From Podospora anserina (taxonomy: Eukaryota), in NCBI GenBank assembly GCA_017654855.1, contig CM030332.1, positions 1,736,001-1,800,000 on the forward strand: DNA of 64,000 nt. The letters run 5' to 3'. Made by a program: the position numbers and the translations under genes. Below, piece by piece: positions 10,368-21,393 of the stretch. Each line of letters starts with the position of its first letter. The stretch's first letter is position 1. A model generated the notes under the pieces. The model had not been told where the DNA came from. It made no database searches and was given only the letters and a program-made list of their open reading frames with translations.

Positions 10368-12839
10368 ATGAAACTCAATAAGCCATTCCTGGCCATTTAT
10401 TTGGCTTTCAACTTGGCCGAGGCTTCGAAAACTCCGGATTGCATCAGTGGTCCGCTGGCAAAGACCTTGGCATGTGATACAACGGCGTCACCTCCTGCGC
10501 GAGCAGCTGCTCTTGTGCAGGCTTTAAATATCACGGAAAAGCTTGTGAATCTAGTGGAGTATGTCAAGTCAAGAGAAGCTCCTTTAGGGATTTCAATTCA
10601 GCTAATCACTCCTCATAGCATGAGCCTCGGTGCAGAAAGGATCGGCCTTCCAGCTTATGCTTGGTGGAACGAAGCTCTTCATGGTGTTGCCGCGTCGCCT
10701 GGGGTCTCCTTCAATCAGGCCGGACAAGAATTCTCACACGCTACTTCATTTGCGAATACTATTACGCTAGCAGCCGCCTTTGACAATGACCTGGTTTACG
10801 AGGTGGCGGATACCATCAGCACTGAAGCGCGAGCGTTCAGCAATGCCGAGCTCGCTGGACTGGATTACTGGACGCCTAACATCAACCCGTACAAAGATCC
10901 GAGATGGGGGAGGGGCCATGAGGTTTGTTACCTTAGCCTTCTTTTCCGTGCCGTGCAGTTGCTGAGAACTCAAAAGACACCCGGAGAAGATCCGGTACAC
11001 ATCAAAGGCTACGTCCAAGCACTTCTCGAGGGTCTAGAAGGGAGAGACAAGATCAGAAAGGTGATTGCCACTTGTAAACACTTTGCAGCCTATGATTTGG
11101 AGAGATGGCAAGGGGCTCTTAGATACAGGTTCAATGCTGTTGTGACCTCGCAGGATCTTTCGGAGTACTACCTCCAACCGTTTCAACAATGCGCTCGAGA
11201 CAGCAAGGTCGGGTCTTTCATGTGCTCATATAATGCGCTCAACGGAACACCGGCATGTGCAAGCACGTATTTGATGGACGACATCCTTCGAAAACACTGG
11301 AATTGGACCGAGCACAACAACTATATAACGAGCGACTGTAATGCTATTCAGGTATGAACTTGCCGGAGTTGTGGTTTCTAATTTATGCCTCTGACATGTT
11401 GACAGGACTTCCTCCCCAACTTTCACAACTTCAGCCAAACTCCAGCTCAAGCCGCCGCTGATGCTTATAACGCCGGTACAGACACCGTCTGTGAGGTGCC
11501 TGGATACCCCCCACTCACAGATGTAATCGGAGCATACAATCAGTCTCTGCTGTCAGAGGAAATTATCGACCGAGCACTTCGCAGATTATACGAAGGCCTC
11601 ATCCGAGCTGGCTATCTCGACTCAGCCTCCCCACATCCATACACCAAAATCTCATGGTCCCAAGTAAACACCCCCAAAGCCCAAGCCCTGGCTCTCCAGT
11701 CCGCCACCGACGGGATAGTCCTTCTCAAAAACAACGGCCTCCTTCCCCTAGACCTCACCAACAAAACCATAGCCCTCATAGGCCACTGGGCCAATGCAAC
11801 CCGCCAAATGCTAGGCGGCTACAGCGGTATCCCCCCTTACTACGCCAACCCAATCTATGCAGCCACCCAGCTCAACGTCACTTTTCATCACGCCCCAGGA
11901 CCGGTGAACCAGTCATCTCCCTCCACAAATGACACCTGGACCTCCCCCGCCCTCTCCGCGGCTTCCAAATCGGATATCATCCTCTACCTCGGCGGCACCG
12001 ACCTCTCCATCGCAGCCGAAGACCGAGACAGAGACTCCATCGCCTGGCCATCCGCTCAACTTTCCTTGTTAACCTCCCTCGCCCAGATGGGAAAACCCAC
12101 AATCGTAGCAAGACTAGGCGACCAAGTAGACGACACCCCCCTGCTCTCCAACCCAAACATCTCCTCCATCCTATGGGTAGGCTACCCAGGCCAATCAGGC
12201 GGAACAGCCCTCTTGAACATCATCACCGGAGTCAGCTCCCCCGCCGCTCGACTGCCCGTCACAGTCTACCCAGAAACTTACACCTCCCTCATCCCCCTGA
12301 CAGCCATGTCCCTCCGCCCAACCTCCGCCCGCCCAGGCCGGACTTACAGGTGGTACCCCTCCCCCGTGCTCCCCTTCGGCCACGGCCTCCACTACACAAC
12401 CTTTACCGCCAAATTCGGCGTCTTTGAGTCCCTCACCATCAACATTGCCGAACTCGTTTCCAACTGTAACGAACGATACCTCGACCTCTGCCGGTTCCCG
12501 CAGGTGTCCGTCTGGGTGTCGAATACGGGAGAACTCAAATCTGACTATGTCGCCCTTGTTTTTGTCAGGGGTGAGTACGGACCGGAGCCGTACCCGATCA
12601 AGACGCTGGTGGGGTACAAGCGGATAAGGGATATCGAGCCGGGGACTACGGGGGCGGCGCCGGTGGGGGTGGTGGTGGGGGATTTGGCTAGGGTGGATTT
12701 GGGGGGGAATAGGGTTTTGTTTCCGGGGAAGTATGAGTTTCTGCTGGATGTGGAGGGGGGGAGGGATAGGGTTGTGATCGAGTTGGTTGGGGAGGAGGTG
12801 GTGTTGGAGAAGTTCCCTCAGCCGCCTGCGGCGGGTTGA
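10368..12839 (+). CDS. Secreted GH3 beta-xylosidase (XlnD/BxlB-like); introns 10559-10618, 10923-10976, 11352-11405
   Basis: Signal peptide and motifs [55 protein letters not shown], nucleophile context ITSDCNAI, GYPGQSGG and PFGHGLHYTTF, with an FnIII-like C-terminus. Confidence 0.95.
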
Positions 12840-13010
12840 GAAGATCAAGAGAGAGCAAGACGAATCGGTACAGATTGTGCTGATTCAACCTACCTACTTA
12901 TGTGTTTTGAGTCAACTATCTCTTGGGCCCAGCCTGTCAACAACTCTCGCTTTTTATGTGTAGCTCTACCATCCTGGTAGCCTGACATATCTTCCAAGGT
13001 TCCCTGCTTC

Positions 13011-13764
13011 TCACTCAACTCTGCTTGTGTCTCGCTGTAACGCTCGTTGAGGTCTCGTCACAGCATTGACTGCCGTCTTGGCCTGGAGATCAACTCGGCT
13101 ACACAGCAAGTTAGAAAACAGCTTTGAACTTCTCGTGGAAAAATCCAAAATCTGCTCACCATAATGGACATGTAACCGCAAACTGCAGCAGCCACGGGTC
13201 AACGCACGACGGGTGAAAGATATGTCCACATGACAACTTCCGAACATCACCTCCTTCGACAAAGTCCTCGGTGCAGATGGCGCAGCTATGACTTCTTGTT
13301 GATGATCGTTTCTTTTCGGGCCTCAGCGTGCCGCTTTCTCTGCGACAGATTAGTTGTCATGTTTCAGTGGTAGACAACGAGCAATCTGCAACTTACAACG
13401 CGCCATCACTGTGTTCAGTTGATGGAGTCGCTGCCCTGTCCTTCTTCTTCTGAGCCCAGCTCCAAAATCTCAACCTTGTCCTCGTCCATACCGAAACAGA
13501 TTTTGCTCGTCCCGGACTCTCCAGCTCGTCGATGAGGGCTTCGTTGTACTTGACGACCGGCATCGACTGCAGGGTTTCTTCCCCAACGCCAGCTCTCCCC
13601 CCTCGTATCCGCTCGGTGATAGTCTCGCGAATTACTTCGAGGGTTGAGGATCGCTGGGCGACGAAGACGCAACCTAGGATGAGAATGGCGATCATGATGG
13701 CGAGAATGACAGAGGTAGCAGGAGGGCCAGCGTGGGGAGAATCGTTGGGGTCGACAGCTGCCAT
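13011..13764 (-). CDS. Transmembrane RING-H2 E3 ubiquitin ligase (ATL/RNF-like); three exons
   Basis: Exon 1 has [20 protein letters not shown] and a GLD-like [15 protein letters not shown]. After a GTAAGT..ACTAAT..CAG intron: [51 protein letters not shown] intron then completes C-RVDL, giving a full C3H2C3 RING. Confidence 0.88.
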
Positions 13765-15263
13765 GATCAAGCTGGATAGGAGTGCTCCCGATGATCGAGA
13801 GTATATAAATATAGTGAGCAGGACCAGACAATCCGTGGGTCCAAAATGCAGCGTCACACAGGGCAGCTGGTTTCAGCAACCCAGAATTATTTGAGAGTCA
13901 GGTTCAACGCCAAAACGTTGACGAGAAAGAGGGCGAGCCATGGGTACAGAAAGGTTGGGATGGATGGTATTTGAAGAAGGACAGGCGTAACAATGGGTGC
14001 TGCCCATGGTCGGGCCATAATGGTGCTGGTGCAATCCGCGCCACCGTTCATAACTCAGAACTGCCTCGTGGACTTGGACAGTTCATCGTGACACAGACTC
14101 CCTCGGGAATCGGTACTTCCACAACCGGTACTTCGGTCATGCTGTGCTTCAGCTTGAAAGCGAAAAGATTGGCGGCGGAACTCAGCGTTCGGCATGCTTC
14201 CCCGAGGAGATGGCTTGGGAAAGGGGATGAGGTGATATCGGGGTTGAGCAGTGATCATGATGGAGGGGCGGGAACGGGCACCAATTGCCCCTGACTGATT
14301 TAGCTAAATTTGACGTAACAAATAACACTGTGAGACAGATGACAGCCCGCGTTTTTCTTCATGATGAGACGGGATGGAATAGTGAAGGTGGGCGAAGTGT
14401 GCTCTATGAGTGATTTGAGTTCTGGGGGCACCTGAGGACTTGTAAGTGGTGTGCAGCCATCATGATGCTTGGCGGGCCAGTGGCGGGCCAATGATGGGCC
14501 GCAAAAGCGAGGGAAACAAGAGAAAAGGGAAGGCATAGAGACTTGGGGAACCTGGCGCCAGGATCGCATCAAATGGTGGGGATCATGTGTAGCACAAGGG
14601 CTCATAGATGAACAGCGACGTGGTTTGTCTGTGTACCAGCAGGCCCATACAGCTTATAGAAAGAGAGACAGGGCATTTACTCCTGTTAACTGGTGAGAAT
14701 ATTATTCTGCATCACTAGATTTGGAGCGTAGGCATACCATCGCGACACTTGGCTTGTTCTGGTGTTAATTATTGCTAAACAAGGCTCTGCAAGTGTGCCA
14801 GTTTGTCTAAATGTCCTGGAGTAGACGAGCAATGAAGAATTGTAAGCTCAATAATGGTTCATGAACACTCGTTTGATGACCGAACCAGGCCTCGAAGCGC
14901 TGGATGTTGTCACTGAGATGGCGTTGTTAGCGCATAGTGGGGTCTGTTCTAGAACCCCGCCTTCAACGTCGACGGAAAATCGGTGCGGGGCAGAGCTTCC
15001 CCATATTCTGGCCAATCACAAGCTCGGATTCCCATCGAAAGACATCGAAAGTCCAGAGCTTTCCATGAGCCTTGTGCGAGGTCTCCAGATAGACTCCTGC
15101 CCTTTGGTGCTGAAAACCTTCTTCTGCAGCTTGACCTGCCTATTTGTAGACTGTTTCTCTCCCAACAGTCAACAACTCTTCAGACCATAACACCAAGCAC
15201 ACCAAGAGATACCCTTACCTGCTTTTCTTTCCCAGCGATACCCCACCACAGTAACTCAGCACC

Positions 15264-17218
15264 ATGTCCACAGCCGACGAGCTCAAGGCTCTGGGCAACA
15301 AGGCCATTGCCGCGAAGAACTTCGACGAGGCCATGTAAGGCTCCCAAAGACCCCATCGCCTTGGCACAGAATACTTCTGGTGGAAAGAGGAAGGACTGTT
15401 GCTAACCTGCTGGCTGCAGTGACAAGTTCACACAGGCTATCGCCATCGACCCACAAAACCACATCCTCTACAGCAACCGCTCGGCTGCTTATGCTTCGAA
15501 GAAGGACTGGGACCACGCCCTCGAGGATGCCCAGAAGACCACAGAACTGAAGCCAGACTGGCCAAAGGGGTGGGGCCGTAAGGGCACCGCGCTGTATGGC
15601 AAGGGCGACCTTCTTGGTGCCCACGATGCCTACGAGGAGGGTCTCAAGATCGATCCCAACAATGCTGGCATGAAGAATGATCTTGCTTCGGTCAAGCGTG
15701 CAATGGAGGCAGAGGCGGGACCTGGTAAGTGTTGGCATTGTCACTCGGCATGGAAAACGGGATGTTGATAAATGTCTTAGGTTTCGGCGGTGACCCAACT
15801 GGCGGTATTGGGCAGATGTTCAGCGACCCGAACCTGATCCAGAAGCTTGCGAGCAACCCAAAGACCAGTGCCTTACTTGCCGACCCGAGCTTTATGGCCA
15901 AGCTGCAGGCTATCAAGCAGAACCCCAACAACACACAAGAGCTCTTCAGCGACCCCAGGTTTATCCAAGTGCTGGGCGTCTTGATGGGTGTTGATATGAC
16001 GATGGCCGATCCTGGCTTCCAACCGGGTGCCTCCGGCTCTGCTAAGGAGGCCGAGGAGGATGTGCCAATGCCGGATGCTAAGCCTGCCGAACCAAAGAAG
16101 GCCCCTGAGCCGGAGCCGGAGCCGGAGCCTGAAAACGAGGAGGCCCTGGAGAAGAAGAAGGCAAAGGAGGCTGCCGATAAGGAAAAGCAGCTCGGTACCG
16201 AGAACTACAAGAAGCGCAACTTTGACGAGGCTATCAAGCACTACCAGGCTGCGTGGGATCTCCATAAGGACATCACCTACCTCAACAACCTCGGTGCGGC
16301 TTACTTCGAGAAGGGTGACTACCAGGCCTGCATCGATACTTGCACCAAGGCTGCTGAAGAAGGTCGTGCTCTCTATGCCGATTTCAAGCTCATTGCCAAG
16401 TCGTACGCCCGTGTTGGTACTGCTTATGAGAAGCTGGGCGATCTTGCGCAGGCTGTCGACTACTACAACATGTCTCTTCGTGAGCACCGGACACCAGATG
16501 TGGTCACCAAGGTCCGGAACGCCGAGCGCAACAAGATTGAGGCTGCGCGCAAGGCGTACATCGACCCAGAAAAGGCTGAAGAGGCTCGCGTGGAGGGCAA
16601 CACGAAGTTCAAAGAGTCGGACTGGCCAGGGGCCGTTGCTGCCTACTCAGAGATGATCAAGCGTGCGCCGGATGACCCTCGCGGATACAGCAACCGCGCG
16701 GCTGCCTTCATCAAGCTGCTCGAGTTCCCCAGTGCTCTTGATGACTGCGACGCCGCCATCAAGAAGGACCCCAAGTTCATCCGCGCCTACATTCGCAAGG
16801 CTCAGGCCTACTATGGCATGCGCGAGTACAGCAAGTGTGTTGACGCATGCACTGAGGCCCATACCGTGGACAATGAGCACCACAAGGGTGCCAATGCTAA
16901 GGAGATTGAGCAGCAGCAGCAAAAGGCGTTCACTGCCATGTACTCGGCGCGCGAGAATGAGACTGAGGAGCAGACCAGAGAGCGTCTGGCCCGTGACCCT
17001 GAGGTGAGTTTTTCTGGCCGCTAGTTTGGCAGTTTCGTGATATCTTGACTAACATTTGGGAACAGATCATGGGCATCATGGCAGACCCAGTCATGCAAGC
17101 TATCCTACAGCAAGCGCAGTCGGATCCTGCTGCTCTGAACGAGCACATGAGAAACCCTACGGTTCGCACCAAGATCCAGAAGCTGATGGCCGCCGGTGTT
17201 ATTCGCGTGGGTAGGTAA
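15264..17218 (+). CDS. STI1: Hsp70/Hsp90 organizing co-chaperone Sti1/HOP; introns 15335-15419, 15725-15780, 17004-17065
   Basis: MSTADELKALGNKA start. TPR1 (NHILYSNRSAAY..WPKGWGRKG), DP1 (SDPNLIQKL..DPRFIQVLGVLMG), TPR2A/2B (YLNNLGAAY; YSNRAAAFIKL) and DP2 (DPEIMGIMADPVMQAILQQ..KLMAAGVIRVGR*). Confidence 0.97.
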
Positions 17219-17704
17219 AGAATGGGTTGGATGGGCTTCGTGATGGAGTAGGGTGTTTAATTCCTGAACTATAATTTCTGGGGTTTTAAAGTGATATCTG
17301 GTCGTTAATGAGTTGCATGAGAAACGATTTTGCACTGTGCTCTAGGAGACATGGCATTCTGACAGAACAATGAGACATCTGTTAAAAGTCATGACTTTAT
17401 TTTGTTGGTGACTGTGTGACTGTTTCAGATGGTGACGTTGATCAACGGGGATTTTCCTTTTGGAAATGTTTAGGGGACTGATGATCGTCACACGTTTGAT
17501 GGGTGGAAATGGAGCTTGTATAGTGTCACGATGAACGGACATGGGACACCGACAAAGCTGTTCATAAGTTGAAGCCCATTCTAGGTCCGACCTAAATGGT
17601 TCGATGACATGGCCGGCTCAGCGTGCTGCCATAAAAGCCATCTTATATGACGCCGTCACAAACGCCTCCCGACTCTTCTTTCCCCATGGGTATCCTCCAC
17701 CGCC

Positions 17705-18784
17705 TCAATCCTTCTTAAACAGCCTCTGCACCTCCTCACTCTCCACGCTCACGACCCTCACCCCACCAATACTCTCCATCTCCTTTTTGCACTCCTCCCA
17801 CCCGCCCGGGTTAACGGTCTTGGTCCCCTCCTCGATAATCACCGTCTGGAACCCTTCCTTTGCAGCATCATACGCCGTGTGCTTGACGCAGTAATCCCCC
17901 GCCAGCCCGACAACATAGACGTGCGTCACCTTTTCGTCGTGGAGCAGCTTGGCCAGTCCGGAATCGCAGACTCGTTCGCCGGTGAGGGTGGGGGGGAAAG
18001 GGTCGAAGAAGGCGGAGTACATCTCCACTCTGGGGTCGAGGCCCTTTTTGATGATGTGGGTGAAGTTTTGGGAGGAGAGCTCGGGGATGAGAGAGGCGCC
18101 GGGGGTGGATTGGATGCAGTGGGGGGGCCAGAGAAGGGTGGTGTAGGATTGGGAGGGGTTGAGGGGGTTGGTGATTGTGTGGGAGGTGACGAAGGGAGGG
18201 GGGTTGGAGGGGTGGTTGGGGGCGAAGGAGATGTGGTTTGGGGGGTGCCAGTCTTGGGTTGCGATTTTGAGGGGGAGGGTGCGGGGGGGGAGGGTGAGGA
18301 GGGTGTTGATTAGGGGGGTTATTGTGCGGCCGAGGGGGACGGCGAGGGAGCCGGACTAGGGTGGTGGGTTGTTAGTAGATGTTGTGTAGATGGGAGATAT
18401 GGGGAGGAATGTGTATGTGGGAATGTTGTGTGAGGTGATGGTCAATGAGGTAGTGAGAGGGTGTTGTGAGAGCGAGGTGTGAGAGGTGAGTCGAGGTCAG
18501 GAATGGTGAGCGTGAGAGGTGAAAGTGAGCTTGTGAGAGCATGTGTGATGGGACACGACCCCGCTCAGGAGATTTTTGGGATTCGACATGTGAAAGATGT
18601 AACCAGCCATAATTCCACATGCACTTGAGGAAATGAAATAGTATTGCAAAAGACTGTGTTCATTATATGCAAATGCGGAAGATAGCGTGAGAAATAGCAG
18701 GTCGGTGCTTACTGGTGGGCAAAAGTCCTCCTGCATGTCCACCACCAGCAGTGCTGGCCGGAAGCTTGACTGAGAGTCCGCCAT
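17705..18784 (-). CDS. PNC1: Nicotinamidase/pyrazinamidase (isochorismatase family); one 357-nt intron at 18356-18712
   Basis: ALLVVDMQEDFCPP|SGSLAV, ATQDWHPPNHISFA, LWPPHCIQ, KG..EMYSAF and VVGLAGDYCVKHTAYDA together supply the catalytic Asp/Lys/Cys and the metal ligands. Confidence 0.93.
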
Positions 18785-21350
18785 GACTACGTTTGCTGTT
18801 CGTTGTATTCCGAGGCTGAATTGAATGACCGTAGACTATTCAAGCAGCTGGGTCACTTATACACGAATCAAAGCCACCTGATACTTGGCTGACAATGACC
18901 AGTAATGAGGACGGAGGGAGCTTGTCAGGTGCTGTGAGCCTTTCGTCAGCCACACAAGAGGCAGCGAGGCACTCTGAGAGAGACAAGCCACCCACGGCGA
19001 TAAGAGATAATGCAAGGTCGAGTGGGAGATCTCTTGGCAATCACTGTCAGCAGATGCCCGTCGAATTCTCCCGTTCTGAAGGGGAGTTTCATTTTTTCCA
19101 GAAACCCCGTTTGGAGTGCTACCATTTTTTGACGCCCGACGCCAACATATGCACATCAAGCAGCTCGGCGAGACAACAGATCAGATGAAGGCCACAGCCG
19201 CAGTAGACAAACACAACGACAAGTGTGGTGAAACAGAGCTGACCTCATTGACACATCCGGACGGTGATGTCTAGTTCGGGGCAGGCCCGATGAAAACGTG
19301 GGGTTTGAGCAAGGAACGTCAGAATTGAGTTTTTTTCCAAACTGCCAGGCCCAGTTCAAGCATCAGATGGACCCACGCATCGGATCAGATAAGAAAAATG
19401 CGGAATTGAGCTTGGGCCAACTCCTTGCTCTTCTCCATTTGCCAAGGATCGCCAGCGAATTGGCCAATTCATCACTGCCAGCATCCAACGGCATTGACTA
19501 GTACTTTTTTTGCTTAAATACGGTGAAGGTTGTTGGGGTCGGGAAATTTCCGATCCTGGAGCGACTGAGCCTCTCTATTTTTGAGTGACATACCCTTTTT
19601 CTTGTGGCAAGTACAAAGAACGCCAGGTACAGGTTCAAGAGGCACCGAATGACAGGAAGTGTGGAAGTCCCACCCACACTGTCGGGCCCGCCCTTCACCC
19701 TCCAGTTCGTGGTGGGGCCATGAATGTACGCAGTAATACCGGTGCAGGGGGGAACCGTTTTCACCACTGCCCAGTTCGTCTCGTGCAATTGTTCGGTCAA
19801 GATGCCGGACGAAAAGAGTTGCCTGAACAGCTTGTGGTCTCCTTGATGGTGATGGTTCATACTCGCACTGGTGACGGGCTTGACAGTAGTGCCTTGATCT
19901 ACGTTACTAGCTACCTTAGCAGTTCCGACGAAACCAACAAGCTGTTCAAAATTCTAACACCAAGGACAGCGCGTGGACATCAAGGTGGACAATTGCACGG
20001 GCCAACGGGTAATTTAATCTCCAATTACCTGGTTCCCGGCCTCTGAGGCCTCAATACTTTCTGTACCTTGAAATATTACCGTCAACTGGCAGAGGCGGCG
20101 CAGAGATACATGGGCGGCATTGGGCGGCTGATGAAAGCGGGCCAAAGACACTGAGGTCATCTGCAAATCCCCCAACCGAGATCTCGTAACAAACGAAGAT
20201 CATGAACAATCGTAGGAGTTCCCGCACAATCACAGTCCGTCGCAACAAGGAAATAACCTAAAACGGTGGCCACTGCCTCCCGCCGACTACGGAATTGCAC
20301 ACGCTGGCCAGCACTAGACCCCCAAGGGTCAAGCCTGTGAGCGAAAAAGGGGGTCCAGCATCGCCAACACTGAACAGATGCCATGTGGGTGCCAGGAGGT
20401 GCATCGCAAAAGGTGCCAGCTGCCCCGTGAATTGGATGACGGTAATGCCAAGCGGTCCGTTTCCCCATCGAGCGTCCCCCGTTCCAATGGGGTTATAGCA
20501 GCATGCAGCGTCCAGCCGGGGATCTGGAACCCTGGGGGGCACTGGGGGGTTGCGCTCGATCAGCTGTTTGGCCGAAGCGTGCCAAGTTTCACCAAAACGG
20601 TGGGGCTTGGCTTGTGATGGCCCCATCATCTTGAAATTCTTTTTTAATTCGATCACCGCCTCGGAGCCCCGAGTTGTGGTATCCTTCGTGCCTACCTCAC
20701 CGATAAGGAGCAAGATTTGTCTCCCCAACCCCCAAGGACACCCTGCCGTCCTCTTTTTTTCTTTTCTTTCTTTCCTTTCTTCGCCGCCACTCCATCTGCC
20801 CAATTCAACATTGTTGTTGTTGCTGTCCTTGGACAACACACGACCATCCCCTTTCAACATCGGCGCCAGCATCCGTTTCCTGGTGGATTCGCTTGCACCG
20901 ACACCCTTCCCAGGTCGCGCCATCCCGAAGCTTCCCCAGCCAGGAAATCTCGGCCAAACCTCCCAACGCTCCGTGCACGCAACAAGCTTCGCGTGACATA
21001 ACTTCGGCGTTGCGCCAAACCACACTCAAAGCCATCGCGGCTCTCTCGGGCAAACAGTGCAACTGCCAGTTGCTAGACAGTATGTGACTTCCTCTCTCCT
21101 CCTTGCCCACACACACCGACCGACGCCCACGCAACTCCACCACCCAGGTTGGGCTGGCCATGATGCCGCAACGGGAGATTGGTGCCACGTCCTCTCCCAT
21201 GATGCTCGTGGACAACTTGTCAAGTGCGTTGTCATCCGAAGTGGTCTTGCTTCATAAAGGGGGGCCATGATCGGCCCGTTGAAACTAGCATGTCACTAAC
21301 TCTCTCTTCTCAGGCCCAGCTTCCTGTCACATCGCCAACACATCCGTCCA

Positions 21351-21371
21351 ATGCCCGCCGAGCAACGATAG
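21351..21371 (+). promoter_or_regulatory. Candidate uORF (MPAEQR*) in the HMG-CoA reductase leader
   Basis: ATG CCC GCC GAG CAA CGA TAG ends 22 nt before the main ATG at 21394 and lies downstream of a putative 3' splice site (CACTAAC..CAG, 21313). Confidence 0.5.
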
Positions 21372-21393
21372 TCGTATACTCTCCAAGGCCGTC

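Noticed and set aside
18674-18683. ATCTTCCGCA (minus strand) as a U13/snR45-type antisense element to the 18S rRNA 3' end
   Set aside because: Only about 8 nt of pairing, dependent on a species 18S sequence I cannot check; the same bases are explained by the terminal stem.
19000-21000. Short ORFs in the PNC1-HMG1 divergent intergenic region
   Set aside because: No codon bias, splice structure or domain similarity; most likely promoter and UTR sequence.
21372-21378. TCGTATA (yeast Upc2/Ecm22 sterol element) next to HMG1
   Set aside because: It lies in the presumed transcribed leader just before the ATG, and a single 7-mer is weak evidence.
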